64,000 nt of DNA from positions 12,955 to 76,954 of IMG/VR virus record IMGVR_UViG_2706795030_000004; one strand, given 5' to 3'. Of the stretch, positions 57,238 to 64,000 are shown one piece after another. The notes beneath the pieces are model-generated. The model saw only the letters and a program-made list of their open reading frames with translations. It had not been told where the DNA came from and searched no databases. The position numbers and the translations under genes are program-made. The stretch's first letter is position 1. The number at the start of each line of letters is the position of its first letter. The stretch comes from a virus. Its lineage: Duplodnaviria > Caudoviricetes.

Positions 57238-59901
57238 TTGTCAATTTCCTCCAGGCTCATTGACGCCCGCACCGAGCAGGCCGAGCTCGACGCCCTCCGC
57301 GAGGAGCTGGGGGCGGCCGAGCTCGTGGGCATTGACATCGAAACCCAGGACGAGGGCCGGCACGCCGGGCTGAACGCTTACAATAACAAAAAGCGTCACG
57401 TCTTTGACCACCGCCGTACCGTGATCACGGGCTTCTCGCTCTACGTCGACGGCGCGGAGACTGCCTATTATTTCAACACTGCCCACGCGGACGCGGAGAA
57501 CCGTCTGTCCGTTGGGGCGGCGTTAGAAATTCTGGGCTGGATTTCTGACAGCGCCGTGAAGGTCGCCCACAACGCGCCGTTTGAGCTGGTCCAGCTCGAG
57601 CAGTGTTGGGGATACATCCTCGAAAATGTTGTCTGCACCCTGCAGATGGCCGTCTCGCATCACGGTCCGGACGAATATGAGATCCGCCGGTTCCTCGACG
57701 AGCCGCTCACCGGGTTCCAGAAAATCGCGAAGGCTGCCAAGCTCGCCTTCTCCAATTACGACACCGAGTCCAAAGGCCGTGACCTGACCAGTGACCAAGC
57801 TGACATGCTCGGCAAGTTCATCAGCAAGACGTCGAACGCAGCGCACAGCTACAACGGCCATGTCGACAGTCTCGCGCTCGGCTACGGCCTGAAGAAGCTG
57901 GTGAAGAGCCTCTTCGGCTATCAGATGACAACCTACGAGGAGACGCTGGCCGCGCACGGCGCATCCCACATGGGCCAGCTCACTGGAGAGCAGGTTGCCA
58001 ATTACGGCGCCGATGACGCTTACTGGGCCGTGCGCGTGTACAAGGAACTGATGAAGCGCATGCTCGCGGAGAACCCCGCGGCGCTGGTCACCTTCCTCAA
58101 GACCGAGAACCCCATGGTCCGTCACTACGCCAACATGTGGCGCGACGGCCTCCGCCTCGACCTTGATCAGGTCTATGAGCGGCAAGGCATCGAACGCGAG
58201 AACATGGCCGCGGTGCTCCGCAAGTTCAAAGCCCAGATCAAGGAGCTGCTCCCGTTTCCTGAAGGGAAGAACGAGAAACTAGCTGAGTACGAGGACTGGT
58301 ACGCCAAGCACTGGGAGAAGAAGCGGACCCAGATCGCCGGGTGGATCAATACGCCGGATAGCGACGATGTCTACGAGCAGTGCACCCAAGCGTCGAACCC
58401 GATCGGCAACGCTTGGGCTGAGGAACGGGGCACCCCGCTCCCGAAGGGCCGCCTCAATCTCGTCCACTACCACGGCATGCGGACCATCCTGTACGACCTG
58501 ATGGGCCTGAAGATCCGCTTCAGCGACGGCAAAGTCGGTAGTGACGCGGAAGTGCGTGGCCGCATGATGCTTCGCGCGCAGAAGGACGGCGACAAGCAGA
58601 CTGAGGCCATCCTGACTTCACTGCAGGAAATGGCCGACATCGAGCAGCGCATGAAGCTGTACCTGACGCCGTACACCCAGTTGATGGACCCCGAGACCTC
58701 GCGGGTCTATCCGTCGGTCAGCTCCAAGCTTGCGACCAGGCGTCTCGCCGCCTCGTTCCCCAATCCGATGCAGCTCGCGAAGCAAGGCAACTCGACCTAC
58801 ATTCGCAGCTTCTATCTGCCCGACAACGACGACCACCTCGTGGTTTCGGCCGACTGGTCGTCGGTCGAGCTTGTGCTGATCGGTGATTTCAGCGACGACC
58901 CGGGGTTCAAGGAAGTCTTCGGGCAATTGCCCTACGGTGATCTTCACTCGGGCGCCGCGGCCGACTGCCTTGCGGTCAAGACGCTCCCAGGCCTCACCGA
59001 GGAAGAGTTCATGCTCTTCAAGTTCGGCGAGAACCCGAACGGGCGCGTCCTCAAGAACACTGCCACGGGCGCCATCATGGATCCCAAGGCGTTCTTCAAG
59101 CACGCCCGCGGCACCCCGGTCGGCAAGGGCGCCAACTTCAACTACTGGTATTCGGGCTCGCTCTCCACCGTGGGCGGCAACCTCGGCTGGACGAGCGACG
59201 AGATGTGGGAAGCGGTCGACCGCTATCGTGCGCGCTTCCCGCTGGCCGAGAAATGGCGTGTCAACACCCAGACCGAGGTCACGGAATACGGCTTCGTTAC
59301 CCTGCCGGACGGCCATCGCCGGGCTCGCTACGAGGCCACGCAGGCGTGGGCGTCGGCAATGCGTCACAAGTTCGCCGAGATCGACGCCGCACCGAGCCTT
59401 GGCAACTATGCGGACCTTGCAATTCGCAGGATCCAGAGCCGCGCCCGCAACCAAGCGGTCAACGCGATGATCCAAGGCTCGTGCGCCACCCTCGCGAAGC
59501 AATCGATCCTGAACCTCATGCCCATGCTCGAAGCGGCCGGTATCGCGGACAAGGTCCGCTTCATGATGCCGATCCACGACGAGCTCGTCTTCTCGGTCCA
59601 CCGTGACGTCGTGATGATCTTCATCCCGCTGCTGCGAAAGGCCATGTGCGAACACCCCAACGTCGTGAAGACCCTTCCGCTCGACTGCACTGTCTCGATC
59701 GGTAAGACCTTCCGCCCCTACAACGGCACGGCCTTTTCACAGTTTGAGCTGGATGAGTGCTCATCGGAGATCGACGGAATCGTTCCCAAGGAGTTGCTAG
59801 GGAAGAAGCTTCCCGATGACATCGTCGCTCAGGTCGTCAATTTCATCGCCGATGCCAAGGTGCCGGCGAACGATCAACATCACATCGGAGCAGCCGCTTG
59901 A
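57238..59901 (+). CDS. polA: Family A DNA polymerase with 3'-5' exonuclease domain
   Basis: GIDIET, AHNAPFE, YGADDA exo motifs; SADWSSVE, GKGANFNYWY, IHDELVF polymerase motifs. Confidence 0.93.
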   Translation: MSISSRLIDARTEQAELDALREELGAAELVGIDIETQDEGRHAGLNAYNNKKRHVFDHRRTVITGFSLYVDGAETAYYFNTAHADAENRLSVGAALEILGWISDSAVKVAHNAPFELVQLEQCWGYILENVVCTLQMAVSHHGPDEYEIRRFLDEPLTGFQKIAKAAKLAFSNYDTESKGRDLTSDQADMLGKFISKTSNAAHSYNGHVDSLALGYGLKKLVKSLFGYQMTTYEETLAAHGASHMGQLTGEQVANYGADDAYWAVRVYKELMKRMLAENPAALVTFLKTENPMVRHYANMWRDGLRLDLDQVYERQGIERENMAAVLRKFKAQIKELLPFPEGKNEKLAEYEDWYAKHWEKKRTQIAGWINTPDSDDVYEQCTQASNPIGNAWAEERGTPLPKGRLNLVHYHGMRTILYDLMGLKIRFSDGKVGSDAEVRGRMMLRAQKDGDKQTEAILTSLQEMADIEQRMKLYLTPYTQLMDPETSRVYPSVSSKLATRRLAASFPNPMQLAKQGNSTYIRSFYLPDNDDHLVVSADWSSVELVLIGDFSDDPGFKEVFGQLPYGDLHSGAAADCLAVKTLPGLTEEEFMLFKFGENPNGRVLKNTATGAIMDPKAFFKHARGTPVGKGANFNYWYSGSLSTVGGNLGWTSDEMWEAVDRYRARFPLAEKWRVNTQTEVTEYGFVTLPDGHRRARYEATQAWASAMRHKFAEIDAAPSLGNYADLAIRRIQSRARNQAVNAMIQGSCATLAKQSILNLMPMLEAAGIADKVRFMMPIHDELVFSVHRDVVMIFIPLLRKAMCEHPNVVKTLPLDCTVSIGKTFRPYNGTAFSQFELDECSSEIDGIVPKELLGKKLPDDIVAQVVNFIADAKVPANDQHHIGAAA

Positions 59902-60830
59902 CCACCATCTCTTCCACCACCATCCTTCGCTCCCGCAACGCCGCGGCGCCCGACAAAGTCCTCTCGACGCTCCTTCTGCGGTATCCGCGGTGCATCCATG
60001 CCGAGTTCATGACACACCGCGTTTTTAGCCGAAACGCCGCCAGTTCGCGCGCCATCCCGGTCGAAAAGCTGATCAAGGATGTCGAAGAGAATCCCTTTAT
60101 CCCGGTTTACTGGGGCGCCAATCAGCGAGGAATGCAAGCGGGAGACGAAATCGATGCTCCCCTTTACCTTCAGGGCGCCTCGCATTTCGATATGATTGAT
60201 CGTTGCTACGACCCGATTTCCAAGGAAGCCGGGTGGTTGCACGCCCGGGATCAAGCGATTAGCGCTGCTCGAGCATTTGCCAAAGCCGGCTACCATAAGC
60301 AGATCGTGAACCGCCTGCTTGAGCCGTTCGCACACATCACCGTCCTCGTCAGCGGTACCGAATGGGACAATTTCCTCGAGCTGCGCGACCACGAGGCCGC
60401 TGAGCCACACATCCAGATCCTCGCGCGCGAGGTCAGGAAGTGCCTCGAGCGCGAGGATGACATTCAGGATCTAGAGCCGGGGGAATGGCACTTGCCGTTC
60501 GTCGATGAGAAAGTGATGGAAGTTCGCCCGAGGGCGCGAGGTGGCATCCACACTTCGGACGCGATCAAACTCTCTGTCGCTCGGTGCGCGAGCACCAGCT
60601 ATAAGACGGTCGACGGCTTCGACATGACACTCGACAAAGCAGTCGAGCTCCACGATCGCCTTGTCGGCAGCACCCCAATCCACGCTTCGCCGGCTGAGCA
60701 CGTTGCTCAGGCAGACGGTGTTTCCCGTTGGGAGACTTACGATGGCGAGGGCTCCGATACGCCTATCTGGGAGAACAAGCGCGAGCACGGTAACTTCATC
60801 GGCTTTCGCCAGTACAGGCACATGCTCTAA
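59898..60830 (+). CDS. thyX: Flavin-dependent thymidylate synthase
   Basis: IHAEFMTHRVFSRNAASSRAIP, VNRLLEPF, HASPAEH. Confidence 0.92.
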   Translation: MTTISSTTILRSRNAAAPDKVLSTLLLRYPRCIHAEFMTHRVFSRNAASSRAIPVEKLIKDVEENPFIPVYWGANQRGMQAGDEIDAPLYLQGASHFDMIDRCYDPISKEAGWLHARDQAISAARAFAKAGYHKQIVNRLLEPFAHITVLVSGTEWDNFLELRDHEAAEPHIQILAREVRKCLEREDDIQDLEPGEWHLPFVDEKVMEVRPRARGGIHTSDAIKLSVARCASTSYKTVDGFDMTLDKAVELHDRLVGSTPIHASPAEHVAQADGVSRWETYDGEGSDTPIWENKREHGNFIGFRQYRHML

Positions 60831-61090
60831 TGGTGTCCTATCGCGACATCCCACCACCGCCGAAGAAGCGGTTCAGGCTCGAGTCCAGCAAGCTGGAACC
60901 CGATTACGCCATCCCGATGATCCTGCACTGCCCGGATTGTGGCGCGCGGCACATCGACGAGGGCGAGTTCGCCGAGGTGGCTCACCACACCCACGCCTGC
61001 CAGCACTGCGGGCTTGTCTGGCGACCCGCAAAGGTCAACACGCATGGGGTCCGCTTCCTGCCTGGCTACAGAAACGAGGAAGTCGCATAG
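60830..61090 (+). CDS. Zn-ribbon protein
   Basis: CPDCGARH...HACQHCG. Confidence 0.65.
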   Translation: MVSYRDIPPPPKKRFRLESSKLEPDYAIPMILHCPDCGARHIDEGEFAEVAHHTHACQHCGLVWRPAKVNTHGVRFLPGYRNEEVA

Positions 61091-61134
61091 CGACTTTTCG
61101 TATATCAGACGCAAGTCCCGCCAAGGGTGCGTAG

Positions 61135-61170
61135 TGAGGGTCTCCAATCAGTTGGAGACCCTCATTTTGA
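61135..61170 (+). terminator. Rho-independent terminator
   Basis: 13-bp stem TGAGGGTCTCCAA/TTGGAGACCCTCA then TTTTGA. Confidence 0.7.
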
Positions 61171-61335
61171 TTTATCTCGCCAAAACTCTTGCCCTGCTAC
61201 TGATCCTTGCGGTCGTGTATCTGTTTGGGTCGTTCGTGTCGTGGTCGTTCAATCCGTTCGACTGGGGAACCGCCACGCGCTGGGTCGTGGGGATCGGCGC
61301 GCTGATCCTCTGTGCCATGGAACTGGATTCCGGCA

Positions 61336-61755
61336 ATGGCACGGAAGAATGACGGCAAGGACGCCCAGCACGCCTTTTTCGAGGCGATGCGAAAACGCCC
61401 TGGCGTCGTCATCGAGCGCTTTTGGGATCAGTCCGATCTTAGGGGCCTTAACGGTGGTCGTGCCGTTGCCGACTTCGCCAAGCCGGCCGACTTTCTCGTC
61501 ACTCAGAACGCTCAGATTGAATATGCCGAGGTCAAGTCGGTTCAGTCTGCGACCAGTTTCCCCTTTTCCAACATCGAACGTGGCCAACGATCTGCTGCCT
61601 TGAGGCAGGCGATGGTTGGTGGCCCCTACAATTTTTACATCTTCAGCTACGGCCTCGGGCAGTGGTTCAAGATGACGGCTCAATTCTTCAGCGAAGCCGT
61701 CGCCGCAGGAAAGGCGTCGGCCAAATTTAAGGACCTCTCCCCTTGGCAACTATGA
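61336..61755 (+). CDS. PD-(D/E)xK nuclease, RecU-like Holliday junction resolvase
   Basis: KPADFLV...YAEVKS...FPFSNI..GQ. Confidence 0.65.
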   Translation: MARKNDGKDAQHAFFEAMRKRPGVVIERFWDQSDLRGLNGGRAVADFAKPADFLVTQNAQIEYAEVKSVQSATSFPFSNIERGQRSAALRQAMVGGPYNFYIFSYGLGQWFKMTAQFFSEAVAAGKASAKFKDLSPWQL

Positions 61756-62309
61756 CTGACATTATGGTCGACCTCGAGACCACTGGCACCAAGCCCGCGT
61801 TCTCTGGTATTCTCCAGCTCGCAGCCATCAAGTTCAACATCGAGACACAAGAGGTTGATTCCGACGTCTTTGATCGCTGCCCGACCCTTCTCCCCAACCG
61901 CTTCTGGGATGAGGGCACGCGTGACTTCTGGGGCACCATGCCGGTGATCTACGGCAGCTTCGTCGCCCGTCAGGAGGATGCCGAGCAAGTGCTCATTGAT
62001 TTCTCAAAGTGGGTCACGAAGGATGCGCCCCAGAGCGGATACCGCTTCTGGGCAAAGCCGACGACCTTCGACTGGACGATGCTCGCGAGCCACTTCGAGC
62101 AGATCGGTCGTCCGATGCCGTTCCACTACCGGCAGGCCCGCGATCTCAACACCTACATCGCCGCCTGTCGCGATCGCGGTGCCGAGCACGTCGACATGAG
62201 CTTCATCCAAGGCGGTCAGGCTCATAACGCTCTCTCTGACTGCGTCCAGCAGCTCAAGATGTTGTTCTCCGCAAAAAACGGAGTGTTTCATGAAATTCTC
62301 ACTAACTAA
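61752..62309 (+). CDS. DnaQ-like 3'-5' exonuclease
   Basis: IMVDLETTG, FDWTML, HNALSDC (DEDDh). Confidence 0.85.
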   Translation: MTDIMVDLETTGTKPAFSGILQLAAIKFNIETQEVDSDVFDRCPTLLPNRFWDEGTRDFWGTMPVIYGSFVARQEDAEQVLIDFSKWVTKDAPQSGYRFWAKPTTFDWTMLASHFEQIGRPMPFHYRQARDLNTYIAACRDRGAEHVDMSFIQGGQAHNALSDCVQQLKMLFSAKNGVFHEILTN

Positions 62310-63237
62310 CGGCAAAACTGTCGCCCTGATCGGTGATCCCCATTTAGGAAGGAAGTTCGAGAACGGCGTCCCGCTCCATCGCCGTGGCGAGCGCGAGCGC
62401 AAGCAACTCACCAACTTCCAGGAGCAGTTGGCGCAGGATGTCGATATCGTCGTCAGCATGGGCGACACGTTCGACCATCCCGCCGTGTCAAACCGCGTCG
62501 TGATGGACGTCTACAACGCCGTCGAGGCTGCAGCGGTCGATCGAACAGTCATTATCATCGCCGGTAATCACGACCTCCCCCGGAACCTGACGACCATCGG
62601 CGCCTTCGAGATTCTCGAGGCTCTGCTCGACGGCAATCCCAATGTCATGATCGTGCGTAAACCGACGCTTTACAGGGGGCTCGCGATCTTCCCCTGGGAG
62701 TGGGACGTTTCCGCATTCGCGCAAGTCGAAGCCTTTCCTTCAGGAGAAGCGGAAGTCGCACTCGGCCACTGGGACCTTCAGTCCTTCGGCGGCGACGATA
62801 GCCACATCTGTCCGACCGCCGCGCTCAAGGCGAAATTCGGTGACGATCTCGCGATCTATTCCGGCCACTATCATCTGCCCGGCGACTACGAGGTCGACGG
62901 CCACATCGTCCACTGCACCGGGTCGATGGAGCCCTACAGCCACGCCGAGGACCCCGACGGCTCGCTCTACGTCACCCTGACGCTGGAGGAGCTCGAGGCG
63001 CGCGACGACCTCCACGACAAGTGCGTCCGCGTCCTCCTCGCCGAGGGCGAGGAGCTCCCGAGCGACCTCGACTGCCTCGCGCTCACTGCGAAGCGGGCGG
63101 CGAAGGAAGACACCGAGGTCGGAGAGATCACGCTGGGCGATTTCAACTGGAGCAGCATCCTTGCCCAGAAGCTCGAGCCGCTCACCCCCGAGGTGCGCGG
63201 CTTCATCGAGGAGCGTCTGTCGGAGGTGATCGAATGA
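62290..63237 (+). CDS. Mre11/SbcD-like recombination nuclease subunit
   Basis: GDPHLG, GDTFD, GNHD, GHWD, SGHYH, GS. Confidence 0.82.
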   Translation: MKFSLTNGKTVALIGDPHLGRKFENGVPLHRRGERERKQLTNFQEQLAQDVDIVVSMGDTFDHPAVSNRVVMDVYNAVEAAAVDRTVIIIAGNHDLPRNLTTIGAFEILEALLDGNPNVMIVRKPTLYRGLAIFPWEWDVSAFAQVEAFPSGEAEVALGHWDLQSFGGDDSHICPTAALKAKFGDDLAIYSGHYHLPGDYEVDGHIVHCTGSMEPYSHAEDPDGSLYVTLTLEELEARDDLHDKCVRVLLAEGEELPSDLDCLALTAKRAAKEDTEVGEITLGDFNWSSILAQKLEPLTPEVRGFIEERLSEVIE

Positions 63238-63401
63238 TGTTCCCCATCAGCCGCGTCGTCGAGGAGACCAGTCTCTCGCGCCGCACGATCTATCGGTACG
63301 TCAAGGAAGGCCTCTTCCCGCCACCGGTCAAGCTCGGCCCGAACCGGGTGGCGTGGCCCTCCGAATCAATCGAGGCCTGGAGACAGGAGCGCGTACAATG
63401 A
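63234..63401 (+). CDS. alpA: AlpA-family excisionase/regulator
   Basis: VVEETSLSRRTIYRYVKEGLFPPPVKLGPNRVAW. Confidence 0.9.
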   Translation: MMFPISRVVEETSLSRRTIYRYVKEGLFPPPVKLGPNRVAWPSESIEAWRQERVQ

Positions 63402-63565
63402 AATTCTGGTTGAAGCGCATCTGGTATGCCATATTCGAACCTCGGACGTGTCCCCGCTGCCATGGGGAGCTAATAGATTCCCCCTCAGGAATCGTCGGAT
63501 GTCCATTTTGTTCGGGGACATATTGGGGGTACCCAAAAACCGACCTACCCCTTTGTGGACTGTAA
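63398..63565 (+). CDS. Small Zn-ribbon protein
   Basis: CPRC...CPFC; overlaps putative att-arm sequence. Confidence 0.45.
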   Translation: MKFWLKRIWYAIFEPRTCPRCHGELIDSPSGIVGCPFCSGTYWGYPKTDLPLCGL

Positions 63566-63589
63566 TTACACGATTTAATGGCTCTCTGG

Positions 63590-63609
63590 GAATCCTGCCC
63601 GGGGAGCCA
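63590..63609 (+). repeat. att site: 3' fragment of a tRNA gene (Asn-like)
   Basis: GAATCCTGCCCGGGGAGCCA = T-loop end, T-stem CCTGC, acceptor strand CCGGGGA, discriminator G, CCA; rest of tRNA absent. Confidence 0.8.
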
Positions 63610-63680
63610 TTTTCCTTTTCGCAGGCGTTCGCCAGCGACCGCAAAACACCCCAAAACCAGCGGAAATCTGCGCCGGATAC

Positions 63681-63742
63681 GGGCTCTTCCCCGTGAACGG
63701 GGGATGAGGGTGGGCTCTTCCCCGTGAACGGGGGATGAGGGT
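63681..63742. repeat. 31-bp perfect tandem duplication at ISL3 end
   Basis: GGGCTCTTCCCCGTGAACGGGGGATGAGGGT twice (63681-63711, 63712-63742). Confidence 0.9.
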
Positions 63743-63745
63743 GGA

Positions 63746-64000
63746 TCAGACCCGATTGATGACGCCATTCCAACCGCAAAGAGCGAGCACGCGCAAGCGG
63801 TAGTTGTGAAAGTTTCGGAAGCCGAACGCGCGGCGCGAGATCATCTCCATCTTTGTGTGAAAGCCCTCGGTGATTCCATTGTTCCTGGAAAAGCGCCACA
63901 TGCGGGCGACGGGCTCGAGCCAGCTGGTCAGGGTATCGGCGAGGGACTTGAGGGGGCTGGCGGCGAACTGATCGATCAGCCTGAGCAGGTCGGGGATAAG
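63746..64000 (-). mobile_element. ISL3-family transposase, C-terminal end (truncated by window)
   Basis: Hand translation ...SRNNGITEGFHTKMEMISRRAFGFRNFHNYRLRV...* and GGCTCTT terminal sequence. Confidence 0.88.

Larger units (their letters stand above)
21368..61096. promoter_or_regulatory. Dispersed 17-bp palindrome AAGTCGC-A(C/T)A-GCGACTT
   Basis: Copies at 21368, 26947, 28867, 29063, 29138, 34042, 46043, 46967, 51311, 55180, 61080; degenerate at 38122, 44498. Confidence 0.85.
1..63609. mobile_element. Integrated siphovirus-type prophage (left end outside window)
   Basis: Complete head/tail module, terminase, replication genes, AlpA-like excisionase and tRNA 3'-end att fragment at 63590-63609, followed by non-phage IS sequence. 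Confidence 0.9.

Noticed and set aside
21368-61096. 17-bp palindrome copies as a CRISPR array or REP/BIME repeats
   Set aside because: Copies are kilobases apart with no regular spacers or cas genes, and have fixed spacing to gene starts
63590-63609. Complete tRNA gene
   Set aside because: Only the T-arm 3' half and acceptor strand are present; upstream sequence does not form D or anticodon arms
1-64000. Reverse-transcriptase systems (DGR, retron), introns or inteins
   Set aside because: No RT motif, TR/VR repeat pair or interrupted conserved gene was seen; polymerase, terminase and helicase lengths are normal

Overview
Positions 1-63609 are the right-hand ~63.6 kb of an integrated long-tailed (siphovirus-type) prophage of a high-GC, probably alphaproteobacterial host (the host assignment is inference). 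The minus strand from 1 to 21299 holds the virion module: lambda J-like tail tip (cut by the window edge), I/K/L/M-like tail proteins, tape measure, tail tube, frameshifted chaperones, head-tail proteins, capsid, decoration protein, protease/scaffold, portal and terminase. The plus strand from 21.4 to 63.6 kb holds a primase-helicase, about 70 small early-type ORFs, rIIA/rIIB, nucleotide-metabolism genes and a lytic-phage-like replication set (helicase, 5'-3' exonuclease, family A DNA polymerase, ThyX, resolvase, Mre11-like nuclease). An AlpA-like excisionase follows, then a 20-bp 3' fragment of a tRNA (Asn-like) that marks the att site. An ISL3-family transposase end lies beyond it. No integrase, repressor or lysis genes are recognisable in the window. 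The most unusual signal is non-coding, in the form of three dispersed DNA motif families: (1) a 17-bp palindrome AAGTCGC-A(C/T)A-GCGACTT, 11 near-perfect copies at fixed distances from downstream -10-like elements and start codons; (2) TAATTC(A/C)CCC, 51-55 nt before late-gene starts; (3) AT-cored GG-W4-6-CC palindromes, including a perfect 32-mer. A 261-bp nested inverted-repeat element sits at 28.8-29.1 kb. Together these suggest an undescribed multi-tier phage transcription and origin/packaging control system. Other highlights are a four-copy CGTxACxxGH paralog family and a 70-aa GGQ release-factor-like protein near a tRNA-nucleotidyltransferase-like gene. All assignments come from motif recognition by eye; no database searches were run.
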